Shown: positions 1 through 11,050, counted from the first letter of the stretch. The stretch: DNA of 39,516 bases from Fidelibacterota bacterium (GCA_046861385.1 JBHHTW010000019.1:1-39516), one strand, 5' to 3'. The notes: generated by a model not told the origin, from the sequence alone. Numbers and translations: made by a program.

Positions 1-1
1 T

Positions 2-124
2 GTAAGGAATTCTTATAAAATGGACAAAATGATCGCTATGAAAACAGGACCCGAAATAGAGAAGTGGGAAAAAGTAGCCGAAGTACAACTAAGGAACTGT
101 TACAAAATAACCTATACATCCTGA
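2..124 (+). CDS. Possible 3' end of a CDS entering from the left edge (...VRNSYKMDKMIAMKTGPEIEKWEKVAEVQLRNCYKITYTS*), product unknown
   Basis: Frame 2 is open from the window edge to TGA 122-124 (manual translation). No recognisable motif. Confidence 0.3.
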   Translation, partial: VRNSYKMDKMIAMKTGPEIEKWEKVAEVQLRNCYKITYTS

Positions 125-255
125 CTGGTTCTTTTGTGTATTTTCAGCGTTATAAAAGTATTAAATAAACTGTGGCTATTCTCAACTTTTATGCCTTGAA
201 AATAAACAAAATAACTTCGTCAATATTGCACACGTTATTTCGTAACAATTCCTAA

Positions 256-795
256 ATGCTTGATTCAAAAAATACAGTTCTTGTTATCATTGACGTCCAG
301 GGAAAACTGGCTCGTATTATGGAAAATGCCGATGATCTTTTTAAAAATCTTGCCATGCTTATCCAGGGAGTCCGTTTGCTGGAAGTTCCTATCATTTGGA
401 TGGAACAATTGCCGGAAAAACTGGGGTCAACCGTCGAAGAAGTCAGTGAACATTTGAAAGGATTGAACCCAATTGTCAAGAATGTGTTCTCCTGTGGAAA
501 GAATGCTGAATTCAATGACAGGCTAAATGAAATAAATCCGGAAAATGTAGTATTAGCCGGAATTGAAACGCATGTTTGCGTGTATCAAACTGCAATTGAT
601 TTATTGGATAAAAATTACAATATAGAAGTTGTGAGTGATGCCACATCCACACGCCTGGGACATAATAAAGAGATCGGTCTGGAAAAGATTCGCAGAGCAG
701 GAGGGCAGATCACCAGTGTGGAAACATTCCTTTTCGAAATTCAGGGAAAAGCGACGGGTGATACATTCAGGGAATTGATTAAAATTATAAAATGA
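256..795 (+). CDS. Isochorismatase/cysteine hydrolase family protein (YcaC-like)
   Basis: Motifs VIIDVQ (catalytic Asp), EQLPEKLG, KNVFSC and LAGIETHVCVYQT (catalytic Cys). Confidence 0.9.
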   Translation: MLDSKNTVLVIIDVQGKLARIMENADDLFKNLAMLIQGVRLLEVPIIWMEQLPEKLGSTVEEVSEHLKGLNPIVKNVFSCGKNAEFNDRLNEINPENVVLAGIETHVCVYQTAIDLLDKNYNIEVVSDATSTRLGHNKEIGLEKIRRAGGQITSVETFLFEIQGKATGDTFRELIKIIK

Positions 796-813
796 GAACT
801 CTCCAAATAAACT

Positions 814-878
814 ACCTTTAGAAGGTGGGAGAGAAAGCATTATGATAGCAAAAGTATTACATCCCACCTTTTAAAGGT
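814..878. repeat. Inverted pair of REP-like palindromes
   Basis: ACCTTTAGAAGGTGGGA (814-830) and TCCCACCTTTTAAAGGT (862-878) are reverse complements with one mismatch and a 31-nt spacer. Each arm is itself a small hairpin (ACCTT-NNN-AAGGT). Confidence 0.65.
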
Positions 879-1006
879 GAATGATGCCAAAACAAAAAAG
901 ATAAGGGTTAAAATTTTTCCAAAGAATTAAATATTAACATATATTCGCGTAAACTAACGTTTGGTGAAATATAATTTGGAACTTATCCTAATAAATCAGT
1001 AAAATA

Positions 1007-1369
1007 ATGCGTATGGCTAAAAAATCAATAACAATCGGTTTGATTACATTCATGGTACTTGCTTTGGCAGCGCCGCTGTTTTCAACAGGAGATGGCACTT
1101 CGCCATGTTGCAAACAAGTTGAGATGAACTGTTGTATTCAGCAGGAAATTAATGATTGCCCAATGAGTATAAATTCTTGTGAAATCCCAGTTGCACTTTT
1201 ACTCATTTCCGGACCAAAACCCCATACCAGCCAAAACGTAGAATTAACTGTTAGCCAACTCGGCGATGTAACATTTTGTGACCCTGATTATGGATATATT
1301 ATCACTTCAGATATTCAAAATTCTTCTGCATCACCACCCATCTCTTTTCTCACTCCCCTCCGAATTTAG
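1007..1369 (+). CDS. Exported Cys-rich leader protein of the Cu/Ag operon; putative metal-sensing translational regulator
   Basis: N-terminal signal peptide, CC..CC..C..C cluster, C-terminus ASPPISFLTPLRI. First gene before TolC-CusB-CusA. Confidence 0.65.
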   Translation: MRMAKKSITIGLITFMVLALAAPLFSTGDGTSPCCKQVEMNCCIQQEINDCPMSINSCEIPVALLLISGPKPHTSQNVELTVSQLGDVTFCDPDYGYIITSDIQNSSASPPISFLTPLRI

Positions 1370-1370
1370 A

Positions 1371-1475
1371 CACTCCTAATTAGTTTACGGACTTAAAGTT
1401 CGTTTTAAGGGATTCGTCCGTCCTGACGGAATCCTGTTTCCTTCAATTAAAATAGGAGTGATGATAATTCATCAT
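1371..1475 (+). promoter_or_regulatory. Structured intergenic RNA sequestering an AGGAG
   Basis: CACTCCTA (1371-1378) pairs with TAGGAGTG (1453-1460), enclosing the hairpins ACGGACT/AGTTCGT and GGATTC..CCGTC/GACGG..GAATCC. An alternative hairpin GTGATGA-TAAT-TCATCAT lies at 1458-1475. Confidence 0.6.
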
Positions 1476-1484
1476 TAATAAAAC

Positions 1485-2720
1485 ATGAAAATTATATTAA
1501 CAATTATCCTGTTAACGGTAAATGGTTTTGGTCAGATGGCATTGGACCAATATATCCAATTTGGTATAAAACATAATGCCGATGTATTGAACGCTTACAA
1601 TCGCTGGCAGGCTTCGATGGATGATATTTCCGTTGTAAAAAATTTACCGAATCCTTCAGTGAGTATGGGTTATTACTTAGAAAATGTTGAAACGGCTGTG
1701 GGTCCCCAGGAATATAAAATTGGAGTTATGCAAAAATTCCCCTGGTTTGGAAAACTTGGAACTTCCGGAAAGGCGAAATCTTTCCAGGCAGAAGCATTAC
1801 ATCAAACATATTTTCAAACACGGGAAAACGTAACTGCAAAAATAAAATCACTGTATTATGATATTTACTTTCTTGAGAAAGCAATCGAAATAACACGCCA
1901 GAATGTTCATTTGCTGGAAAACTGGGAAAAAGTTATCCAAACTAAGTACCAAACAGCCCAAGCCATACATCTTGATGTTATCAAAACACAAATTGAGTTA
2001 ATGAAACTCCAGAATGACCTTGAATCATTAACGGCAAAAAGACTACCATTGCTGCAGGAATTCAGAGCAGTATTAAATGATCAGCTAATTCAGGAAATCA
2101 ACATTCCGGATACACTGCATATTCAATTATTGGAACTACCAAAAGAATCCGTGTTACAGATTGTTACTGAGAACAACCATTCACTCTTGGCTGCAGAGAA
2201 TTCAGTCAGAGCACAAACAAGTTTACTGAAAAGAGCAAAATTGCAATATTACCCAGATATTGGATTAGGTTTGGATTTAATAGGGACCGGTGAAAAAGAA
2301 ATGAACGGTATACCCGTAAATGATAGTGGAAAAGATCCATTAGTATTCAAGGTATCTTTGGAAATACCCCTATGGTTCAGTAAAAATGCTAAAACGGTGT
2401 CCTCAGCAAGATACAATAAAACTGCATCAGAAAATAAACGTGTAAGTATGAATAATAGAATCATTGCCGAAGTTGAAAACGTCTGGTTCAAAATGGACGA
2501 TGCAAATCGGCAAATGGATTTATACAGAAATGAACTCATTCCCAAAAGTATTGAATCACTTGGATCCTCTGAAAAAGCGTATATTAGTGATAAAGCAGAT
2601 TTACTAACACTCATCGATGCACAAAGACAATTTCTTCAATTCAATCTAGAATACGAAAATTCTGTTGTGAGCTATTTAAAACAAAAAGCATTATTGGAAT
2701 CCTATATGGGTTTGGAATAA
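1485..2720 (+). CDS. TolC-family outer-membrane factor of the Cu/Ag RND system (CusC-like role)
   Basis: Signal peptide, two OEP repeats (LPNPSVS..QKFPWFGK; YYPDI..LEIPLW), AYISDKADLLTLIDAQ. Lies upstream of CusB/CusA. Confidence 0.9.
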   Translation: MKIILTIILLTVNGFGQMALDQYIQFGIKHNADVLNAYNRWQASMDDISVVKNLPNPSVSMGYYLENVETAVGPQEYKIGVMQKFPWFGKLGTSGKAKSFQAEALHQTYFQTRENVTAKIKSLYYDIYFLEKAIEITRQNVHLLENWEKVIQTKYQTAQAIHLDVIKTQIELMKLQNDLESLTAKRLPLLQEFRAVLNDQLIQEINIPDTLHIQLLELPKESVLQIVTENNHSLLAAENSVRAQTSLLKRAKLQYYPDIGLGLDLIGTGEKEMNGIPVNDSGKDPLVFKVSLEIPLWFSKNAKTVSSARYNKTASENKRVSMNNRIIAEVENVWFKMDDANRQMDLYRNELIPKSIESLGSSEKAYISDKADLLTLIDAQRQFLQFNLEYENSVVSYLKQKALLESYMGLE

Positions 2721-2731
2721 GGAGTCAAATC

Positions 2732-4714
2732 ATGAATAAAATTTTAAGAATAATAAGAAATATAAATGGTAAAACTTGGGGAATTGTAGGGATTGCATTT
2801 TTTATCGGTCTATGGATTGGATTACCTGGAGAAGAAGAAAACCATACACATTCAGCCGGGATAGAAGAAGTCGAAGCGTGGACGTGTTCCATGCACCCAA
2901 TCGTCAACCTGCCAGAGCCGGGACAATGCCCAATTTGTTTTATGGATCTTATTCCATTAAAAACCAGCGCTGTCAGTGTTTTACCTAATCAATTATCACT
3001 TTCTGAAGATGCAGTAAAGTTGGCTGACATTGAAACATCGGTAGTTGTCCGGGAAATAGCTGAAATGAATATTCGTTTATCCGGAAAAGTTGAATATGAC
3101 GAGACCAAAATAGGAAATATTACTGCATGGGTACCGGGACGTCTTGAACGAATGTTTGTCGATTATACGGGAATCACAGTAAATGAGGGAGATCATATGG
3201 TTGAATTATACAGCCCTGACCTATACTCTGCGCAGGAAGAATTGATTCAAGCTCGAAAGCTTATTGAACTCAACGGCAATCATTCATCATTGATCCAGCG
3301 GACAGCTCAAACGACCTTGGATGCAGCACGGGAAAAGCTAAGACTTTTGGGTTTAATGGAGGACCAAATTAAAACAATTGAAACCAGTGATAAACCATCA
3401 AACCTTGTAACAGTTTATAGTCCTATGACGGGAGTGGTTATTAAGAAGAATGGTGTGGAGGGTGCTTATGTTAAAACAGGAACAAATATCTATACCATCG
3501 CCGATTTGAGTCGTGTTTGGGTTATACTGGATGCATATGAAAGAGATCTGCCATGGTTGATATTTGGGCAGACGGTCACATTTAATACAGAATCCGTTCC
3601 GGGTAAGAAATTCGAAGGAAAAATCGCTTTCATTGATCCGGTGCTGGATCCGAAATCACGAACAGTAAAAGTCAGGATTAATATATTAAATCCTGATGGA
3701 GAGTTGAAACCGGGGATGTTTGTGCAAGCTACCGTCCTGGCAAGAATCGATGCAGAAGGAAAAGCAATCAATCCTGAATTTGAAAATAAATGGGTGTGTC
3801 CTATGCACCCGGAAGTTGTGAAGGAACATAAAACAGATTGTGATATCTGTGGGATGGATTTAGTTAAATCAGAAACACTTGGTATTGTTCATAGCTCTGA
3901 AAATGATCATAAAAATATACTTGTTCCGGCAAGTGCTGTACTCAAAACGGGTGAGCGAGCTATTGTATATGTCAAAATTGAAGGTGAAACATCTATTTTT
4001 GAAGGGCGCGAAGTAGTGTTAGGTTCACGCGTAAAAGACGCGTACATAGTAAAATCCGGTTTGAGTGAGGGTGAACTTGTGGTTACAAGAGGCAATTTTA
4101 AAATAGATAGCGCTATGCAGATTTCAGCTAAACGCAGCATGATGAATCCCAAAGGAGGGCCGTCGGGAATGGGACATAATCATAATGGAAATATGCCCAT
4201 TGAGCAAAAACATGAATTGCAATCGATGGATAAATATGAATCCAATGAATCATTTCAAAAAGCAATTAAACTTATCTCTGATGCTTATTTTGTGGTACAA
4301 ACAGCTCTGTCAAAAGATAATTTCAAAGATGGAAAAACTGCTATGTTTGCATTGAATACTGTTGTGACTGCTGTTCAAGAAAAAGATTTTGGACTGGATG
4401 AAAATGCATTCATGAAATGGAATGAAATTCAAATGAGTATTTTAGGACTTACAGAACATGCCCAACACTGGCAGAGGATTGATGTAATCAGAGACGCCTT
4501 CAGAAAAGTAAGCTTATCAATGGTATCTTTGGAAGAATCCTTCGGTCATAGTACAGGTGACGTTTATTATGAGGTATTTTGCCCAATGGCGTTCGGTAAT
4601 GAAGGAGCAGTTTGGCTTACAAATAAGAAAGATATTAATAATCCTTACTTCGGTGAAAAAATGTTGAATTGTGGAGAGGTTAAAAAAGAGTTTAAATCAA
4701 TCGACGGGAAATAA
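2732..4714 (+). CDS. cusB: CusB-like RND periplasmic adaptor with two CxMHP metal-binding domains and a C-terminal DUF3347-like domain
   Basis: WTCSMHP..CPICFMDL, WVCPMHP..CDICGMDL, YSPDLYSAQEELI, LKPGMF; C-terminal FCPMA..W..NPYFG.ML.CG. Confidence 0.9.
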   Translation: MNKILRIIRNINGKTWGIVGIAFFIGLWIGLPGEEENHTHSAGIEEVEAWTCSMHPIVNLPEPGQCPICFMDLIPLKTSAVSVLPNQLSLSEDAVKLADIETSVVVREIAEMNIRLSGKVEYDETKIGNITAWVPGRLERMFVDYTGITVNEGDHMVELYSPDLYSAQEELIQARKLIELNGNHSSLIQRTAQTTLDAAREKLRLLGLMEDQIKTIETSDKPSNLVTVYSPMTGVVIKKNGVEGAYVKTGTNIYTIADLSRVWVILDAYERDLPWLIFGQTVTFNTESVPGKKFEGKIAFIDPVLDPKSRTVKVRINILNPDGELKPGMFVQATVLARIDAEGKAINPEFENKWVCPMHPEVVKEHKTDCDICGMDLVKSETLGIVHSSENDHKNILVPASAVLKTGERAIVYVKIEGETSIFEGREVVLGSRVKDAYIVKSGLSEGELVVTRGNFKIDSAMQISAKRSMMNPKGGPSGMGHNHNGNMPIEQKHELQSMDKYESNESFQKAIKLISDAYFVVQTALSKDNFKDGKTAMFALNTVVTAVQEKDFGLDENAFMKWNEIQMSILGLTEHAQHWQRIDVIRDAFRKVSLSMVSLEESFGHSTGDVYYEVFCPMAFGNEGAVWLTNKKDINNPYFGEKMLNCGEVKKEFKSIDGK

Positions 4715-4719
4715 ACATA

Positions 4720-7700
4720 ATGAACAATCTAATTCAATATTGCATTGATAATAAGATAGTTGTGGGAATTTCCCTGATTGCTGTTATAGTATGGGGATTA
4801 ATGGTCGCTCCTTTTGATTGGAGTCTCGGGGGTTTACCGCGGGATCCTGTACCTGTGGATGCTATTCCCGATATTGGCGAAAATCAGCAAATTGTATTTA
4901 CAAAATGGTCTGGTAGAAGTCCCCAGGACATTGAAGATCAAATCACATATCCAATGACAACAGCATTGTTGGGAATTCCAGACGTAAAAACGATTCGATC
5001 ATATTCTATGTTTGGTTTTTCATCTATTTATGTGATTTTCAATGAAGATGCTGAATTTTATTGGTCTCGAAGCCGTATCCTTGAGAAACTTAGCTCACTC
5101 CCGGCGAGGACACTCCCCCAAGGAGTCCAACCTACTTTAGGACCCGATGCTACCGCATTAGGGCAGATTTTTTGGTACACGCTTGAAGGTCAAGATAAGG
5201 CGGGAAACCCTACCGGAGGTTGGGATTTAGAAGAATTACGCAGTATTCAGGACTGGACAGTTCGGTATGCTCTCCAATCTGCCGAAGGTGTGGCGGAAGT
5301 GGCGTCAATTGGTGGTTTTGTAAAAGAGTACCAGATTGATGTCGATCCGGTTGCCATGCGAGAACATGGAATTCAATTGACGGACGTGTTTAATGCAGTA
5401 CGCCAATCCAACTTGGATGTAGGCGCCCGTACGGTGGAAATAAACCGTGTGGAATACATGGTAAGGGGGCTTGGATTCATTAAATCACTAGAGGATATTG
5501 AATACACCGTTGTGAAAACTTGGAATAATGTTCCAATCTACATTAAAGATATTGCCCACGTGGCTTTGGGTCCTGCTTTGCGCCGGGGTGTCCTGGATAA
5601 GGAAGGGGCGGAGGCTGTAGGCGGAGTTGTAGTTGCCCGGTATGGTGAAAATCCATTAGCAACTATCAAAAAAGTAAAAGATAAAATTCGTGAAGTTGCT
5701 CCAGGTTTACCCAAAAAGACACTCTCTGACGGAACGTTAAGCCAAGTGACCATTGTTCCGTTTTATGACAGAACAGGGCTTATTAATGAAACACTGAATA
5801 CATTAAACCATGCTTTGCGGGATGAAATTCTCATCACCATCATAGTGATATTAGTCATGGTTATGCATTTTCGAACATCCATTCTCATTTCAGGTATGCT
5901 GCCCCTTACGGTACTCATGGTATTTATCGGTATGAAGCTCTTTAAAGTAGATGCGAATATTGTTGCTTTATCCGGAATTGCCATAGCTATTGGCACCATT
6001 GTGGATATGGGAATCGTTGTAACAGAAAACATTTTGAAACATCTTGAAAAAACCAAGAAGAAAACGAAAGATGTTTTTTTTAATGCTGTTTCCGAAGTGA
6101 GTGGCGCTGTCGTGACAGCAGTATCGACAACAATAATCAGTTTTTTGCCGGTGTTTACCATGATCGGAGCCGAAGGGAAACTATTCAAACCGTTGGCCTA
6201 TACGAAAACATTTGCCCTTGTCTCGTCTATTATCATTGCCTTGACCATTTTGCCGGCTATTGCACATCTATTACTCGGAAAAAATGAAAATAGATTTAAA
6301 TTTGAAATAACAATATTTAAACGATTTCCTTGGCTCGGAAACGGGTTGGTTATCTTGATGGTTATTTGCGTTTTAGCATCAACGTGGTCACCACTTGGTT
6401 TAGAAAAAGGTTTCTTTTTGAATTTACTTTTTGCAGTATTTCTTATCACTTTAATCATGGGAGGCATCACCGGTTTTACAAAAATATATCCGAAAATGCT
6501 GCGCTGGACTCTTGATCATAAAGGAAAAGCAATGTCTCTACCGGTTTTTCTGACTGTATTCGGATTAGTGGTTTGGTTGGGTTTTGATACATTTTTTAGA
6601 TGGACGCCAAATTTTATTCAGTCATCCCGCCCATACGTTGCCATGAAGCATGTATTTCCAGGTTTTGGGAAGGAATTCATGCCACCATTGGATGAAGGCT
6701 CCTATTTATATATGCCCACGACTATGCCACATGCAGGAATGGAGGAATCCATAGATGTTCTTCAAATCCTGGATAAAGCATTGTATTCAGTTCCGGAAGT
6801 GGAATCGGTTGTAGGGAAGATAGGCAGAGTGGATTCGCCTTTGGATCCGGCACCTTTAAGTATGATTGAGACTATTGTTGCTTATACACCTGAATATGGT
6901 TTGGATGAAAATGGAGATTATGTTCGACAATGGAGGGATCATATTCGAACAGCTGACGACATTTGGGATGAACTTGTAAAAGTCGCTCAAATACCCGGAA
7001 CAACGTCAGCGCCAAAGCTCCAACCCATATCTGCTCGATTAGTTATGCTCCAAAGCGGCATGCGTGCCCCCATGGGCATTAAGGTGAAAGGACCTGATTT
7101 GCCGACCATCGAAGCGTTCGGGCTTGAAATAGAAAAACATTTGAAAAATGTTCCTGGAGTCAGACGTGAAATGGTGTTTGCAGATAGAATCGTGGGGAAA
7201 CCATATTTGGAAATTGATATTGACCGGAAAGCGATTGCGCGGTATGGTATTCCGCTCCTGAAAGTCCAGCATGCCATCGAAGTGGCTATCGGGGGTATGC
7301 CTATTACAACAACCGTGGAAGGCCGGGAGCGGTATCCTGTCCGAGTGAGATATATGAGGGATTACCGTAGTGATATGGAATCGTTAGAACAAATATTGAT
7401 CCCCGGACAGGGTGGAGTCCAAATACCTTTGGGGCAGTTATCCACTGCAAATTATGTACGCGGTCCACAAGTGATTAAAAGTGAAGATACATTTCTCGTA
7501 GGATATGTTCTTTTTGATAAACAGGACGGTTGGGCAGAAGTAGAAGTGGTGGAAGAAGCCCAAAGCTACCTGGGTGAACTCATTGAATCAGGAGCATTGA
7601 ACGTACCTGCCGGTGTAAGTTTTACATTTGCCGGTTCCTATGAGAATCAGATTAGGGCGTCAAAAAAACTCGCAGTTGTTTTACCATTGGCGTTGGTCAT

Positions 7701-8247
7701 TATTTTTCTAATCTTATACTTTCAGTTTAAAAGCGTATCAACAACAATGATAGTATTTAGCGGTATCTTTGTTGCATGGTCAGGAGGGTTTACTATGCTC
7801 TGGTTTTATGGCCAGGATTGGTTCATGAATTTTAGTATATTCGGAGAAAATATGCGGGATTTATTCCAGATGCATCCAGTGAATCTGAGTGTGGCTGTAT
7901 GGGTTGGCTTTTTAGCGTTATTTGGTATCGCCAGCGATAACGGTGTGATTATTAGCACCTATTTGGACCAAAGTTTTGAGCAGCGAAAACCAGGCACGAT
8001 AAAAGACATTCGTGAAGCTGTCATTTTAGCTGGTGAACGCAGAATCCGTCCGGCGATGATGACTGTTGCTACAACAATTTTAGCATTGATACCAATCCTC
8101 ATGTCCACTGGTCGTGGAGCAGATGTTATGGTACCCATGGCTATTCCATCCTTTGGGGGAATGGGTTTTGCGATTCTGACAACATTTGTAGTTCCGATAA
8201 TTTATTCATGGAAAAAGGAATACACTCTTATGAAAGGAGAGAAATAA
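4720..8247 (+). CDS. cusA: CusA-type Cu(I)/Ag(I) RND efflux permease
   Basis: VDAIPDIGENQ, GPDATALGQI, EFMPPLDEG, RIRPAMMT, MAIPSFGG; two TM clusters; 1175 aa. Confidence 0.93.
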   Translation: MNNLIQYCIDNKIVVGISLIAVIVWGLMVAPFDWSLGGLPRDPVPVDAIPDIGENQQIVFTKWSGRSPQDIEDQITYPMTTALLGIPDVKTIRSYSMFGFSSIYVIFNEDAEFYWSRSRILEKLSSLPARTLPQGVQPTLGPDATALGQIFWYTLEGQDKAGNPTGGWDLEELRSIQDWTVRYALQSAEGVAEVASIGGFVKEYQIDVDPVAMREHGIQLTDVFNAVRQSNLDVGARTVEINRVEYMVRGLGFIKSLEDIEYTVVKTWNNVPIYIKDIAHVALGPALRRGVLDKEGAEAVGGVVVARYGENPLATIKKVKDKIREVAPGLPKKTLSDGTLSQVTIVPFYDRTGLINETLNTLNHALRDEILITIIVILVMVMHFRTSILISGMLPLTVLMVFIGMKLFKVDANIVALSGIAIAIGTIVDMGIVVTENILKHLEKTKKKTKDVFFNAVSEVSGAVVTAVSTTIISFLPVFTMIGAEGKLFKPLAYTKTFALVSSIIIALTILPAIAHLLLGKNENRFKFEITIFKRFPWLGNGLVILMVICVLASTWSPLGLEKGFFLNLLFAVFLITLIMGGITGFTKIYPKMLRWTLDHKGKAMSLPVFLTVFGLVVWLGFDTFFRWTPNFIQSSRPYVAMKHVFPGFGKEFMPPLDEGSYLYMPTTMPHAGMEESIDVLQILDKALYSVPEVESVVGKIGRVDSPLDPAPLSMIETIVAYTPEYGLDENGDYVRQWRDHIRTADDIWDELVKVAQIPGTTSAPKLQPISARLVMLQSGMRAPMGIKVKGPDLPTIEAFGLEIEKHLKNVPGVRREMVFADRIVGKPYLEIDIDRKAIARYGIPLLKVQHAIEVAIGGMPITTTVEGRERYPVRVRYMRDYRSDMESLEQILIPGQGGVQIPLGQLSTANYVRGPQVIKSEDTFLVGYVLFDKQDGWAEVEVVEEAQSYLGELIESGALNVPAGVSFTFAGSYENQIRASKKLAVVLPLALVIIFLILYFQFKSVSTTMIVFSGIFVAWSGGFTMLWFYGQDWFMNFSIFGENMRDLFQMHPVNLSVAVWVGFLALFGIASDNGVIISTYLDQSFEQRKPGTIKDIREAVILAGERRIRPAMMTVATTILALIPILMSTGRGADVMVPMAIPSFGGMGFAILTTFVVPIIYSWKKEYTLMKGEK

Positions 8248-8513
8248 TGAAGACACTTTGGTTAGCATTCGGTATGATTTTTATTGCTGAACTTGGTGAT
8301 AAGACACAACTAGCAATTTTAGCTATGAAGTCAAAAGGAATGTCGGGAACAGGAATCTTTATTGGTTCGATGTTCGCATTTGCCATTCTCACCTTATTGG
8401 CAATATTTTTCGGTGATTGGTTGAATGCTAAAATTCCAACAGAAGTGATTAGTAAAATTGCAGCAGCAGGATTTGTATTTATTGGAGTGTTGATGTGGTT
8501 TGAGAAAATATAA
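8247..8513 (+). CDS. Half-size TMEM165/GDT1 (UPF0016) Mn2+/Ca2+ transporter family protein, 88 aa
   Basis: A single ELGDKTQ motif and three TM helices. The likely start is ATG 8247, overlapping the cusA stop (TAATG) and preceded by AAGGAG, rather than 8208. Confidence 0.85.
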   Translation: MKTLWLAFGMIFIAELGDKTQLAILAMKSKGMSGTGIFIGSMFAFAILTLLAIFFGDWLNAKIPTEVISKIAAAGFVFIGVLMWFEKI

Positions 8514-8551
8514 TGAGTTTCATTAAGAATGAATGAAATAAGGATAAAATT

Positions 8552-11050
8552 ATGGAATTAAAAGATCCTGTATGCGGGATGACCGTAACTGAAGAAACCG
8601 CAGTAGCTACTTTAGAAAGGGAAGGAGAAACGTATGGATTCTGTACTCAATACTGTCATGATTTGTTCGTCAAGCATCCGGAAGAATTTACAGAAGTGAA
8701 AACGGAAGTCGATTCACACGAACATCATCATCACAACCATGGCCAAAGCAGTCCTGCCCAAGAGAAAGATCCAGTTTGCGGAATGAACGTTGACCCTCAA
8801 CATGCAGCAGCAGAATCAGAATATAATGGGAAACACTATTATTTCTGCTGTTCCGGTTGTAAAACAAAATTTGATGCTGATCCTGAATCCTATTTGGGTG
8901 AGAAAAAATCTTCAATCCATAAGGAAGCAATGGTTGAAGGTGCAAATGTAAAATATACCTGTCCCATGCACCCGGAAGTCGTTAGCGATAAACTGGAGGA
9001 TTGCCCCATTTGCGGTATGGCGCTGGAGCCCATGGAAGTCACTCTTGATGATGAAGAAAACCCGGAACTGATTGATATGACCAAGCGATTTTGGGTCAGC
9101 GTTACCCTGGCTTTGCCACTACTCATCATTACCATGGGCGGAATGTTTATCGGAGGAATATTTGGTTTATGGCAGCCGTGGATTGAACTATTGTTGGCAA
9201 CTCCGGTAGTTTTATGGTGTGGAGCGCCCTTTTTCCAGCGGGGATGGAAATCGATTCAAACTCGAAATTTAAATATGTTTACCCTGATAGCCATTGGAAC
9301 AGGAGTGGCATTTAGCTATAGCGTAATAGGAACATTGTTTCCATTTATTTTCCCCGAAGCGCTGAAGGATACAAATGGAATGGTAGGTGTTTATTATGAA
9401 GCCGCCGCAGTCATCATTGCTCTGGTTTTGTTAGGTCAAGTCATGGAATTAAAAGCCCGGGATAAAACCAGCAGCGCTATCAAAGCTCTTTTGGGGTTGG
9501 CGCCGAAAACTGCCCGATTGGTTCATGATGACGGCAGGGAAGAAGATGTACCATTAGAGCATGTTCAAAAAGGATATATTCTTCGAGTGCGTCCTGGTGA
9601 AAAAATACCGGTTGACGGAGTGGTAATTGAAGGGCAGAGTTCCATTGATGAATCCATGGTGACGGGTGAGTCCATGCCGGTAGAAAAAAATGAAGGTGAT
9701 TCGGTTGTTGGCGCTACGGTGAACGGAACGGGAACACTTTTGATGAAAGCGGAGCGTGTTGGAAAAGAAACCCTGCTATCTCAAATCGTACAAATGGTTA
9801 ATGAAGCACAGCGGAGCCGTGCGCCCATTCAAAACCTGGCGGATAAAGTGGCATCCTATTTTGTACCGGCTGTGGTTGGAATCAGCGTGTTAACATTCGT
9901 TATCTGGGGGATATGGGGACCTGAACCTCGTTTTGCATATGCGCTGGTAAACATGGTCGCCGTATTGATTATCGCCTGTCCCTGCGCCTTGGGATTGGCA
10001 ACGCCCATGTCCATAATGGTGGGAACGGGCCGGGGTGCAACGGCCGGAGTTTTAATCAAAAATGCGGATGTGTTAGAAGCAATGGAAAAAGTGGATACTC
10101 TTGTAGTAGATAAAACCGGAACACTGACAGAAGGAAAGCCAAAAGTTGTCAGTATTCATTCTGTGGGAGCATTTAATGAAAATGAATTGTTAACACTGAC
10201 TGCCGCAGTGGAAAAAGCCAGTGAACATCCTTTGGCAGTTGCCATCGTTTCCCAGGCGCAAGAAAAAGAACTGAATTTGGATAATTGCGCTGATTTTATG
10301 TCTTACACAGGAAAAGGTGTAGAAGGGGTTGTTAGCGGGAAGAAAATATCAATCGGTAATCTTCAATGGATGAATGAGATGAATGTGGACTTTGGTGACC
10401 TGACAGAAATAGCGGCTACCTTGCAAAAAGAAGGCGAATCAGTCATGTTCGTTTCCATCGATACCAAGCCGGCTGGAATCATCGGAGTAGCTGACCCCAT
10501 AAAAGAATCAACGTATGATGCACTGGACGAATTAAGACGATCAAGACTTCATATTGTCATGCTAACCGGCGACAATAAAACAACGGCAAATGCTGTAGCC
10601 GGAAAATTACGTATTGAAGATGTGGAGGCTGAAGTTCTTCCTGACCATAAACATGAGGTCATTAAAAAATTGAAAAATGAAGGACGAATTGTCGCCATGG
10701 CTGGAGACGGGATTAACGATGCTCCGGCTTTAGCCCAAGCGGACGTAGGTATTGCCATGGGCACCGGAGCGGATGTTGCCATGGAAAGCGCCGGAATGAC
10801 ATTAATAAAAGGCGATTTATCCGGAATCATACGTGGAATACGATTGAGCAAAGCAACCATGAAAAATATTCGGCAAAATCTTTTCTGGGCTTTTGCTTAC
10901 AATTCTTTTGGAGTCCCAATTGCAGCTGGAATCCTCTATCCTTTCTTCGGTATTTTGTTAAGTCCTATCATTGCCGCCGCAGCCATGAGTTTCAGTTCGG
11001 TAACAGTCATTGGAAATGCATTGCGGTTACGAAATCTCTCGCTAGGATAG
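8552..11050 (+). CDS. copA: P1B-1 Cu(I)/Ag(I)-translocating P-type ATPase with two YHS domains, a His-rich linker and a CPMHP domain
   Basis: DPVCGM twice, [39 protein letters not shown] and MSFSS motifs. Confidence 0.95.
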   Translation: MELKDPVCGMTVTEETAVATLEREGETYGFCTQYCHDLFVKHPEEFTEVKTEVDSHEHHHHNHGQSSPAQEKDPVCGMNVDPQHAAAESEYNGKHYYFCCSGCKTKFDADPESYLGEKKSSIHKEAMVEGANVKYTCPMHPEVVSDKLEDCPICGMALEPMEVTLDDEENPELIDMTKRFWVSVTLALPLLIITMGGMFIGGIFGLWQPWIELLLATPVVLWCGAPFFQRGWKSIQTRNLNMFTLIAIGTGVAFSYSVIGTLFPFIFPEALKDTNGMVGVYYEAAAVIIALVLLGQVMELKARDKTSSAIKALLGLAPKTARLVHDDGREEDVPLEHVQKGYILRVRPGEKIPVDGVVIEGQSSIDESMVTGESMPVEKNEGDSVVGATVNGTGTLLMKAERVGKETLLSQIVQMVNEAQRSRAPIQNLADKVASYFVPAVVGISVLTFVIWGIWGPEPRFAYALVNMVAVLIIACPCALGLATPMSIMVGTGRGATAGVLIKNADVLEAMEKVDTLVVDKTGTLTEGKPKVVSIHSVGAFNENELLTLTAAVEKASEHPLAVAIVSQAQEKELNLDNCADFMSYTGKGVEGVVSGKKISIGNLQWMNEMNVDFGDLTEIAATLQKEGESVMFVSIDTKPAGIIGVADPIKESTYDALDELRRSRLHIVMLTGDNKTTANAVAGKLRIEDVEAEVLPDHKHEVIKKLKNEGRIVAMAGDGINDAPALAQADVGIAMGTGADVAMESAGMTLIKGDLSGIIRGIRLSKATMKNIRQNLFWAFAYNSFGVPIAAGILYPFFGILLSPIIAAAAMSFSSVTVIGNALRLRNLSLG

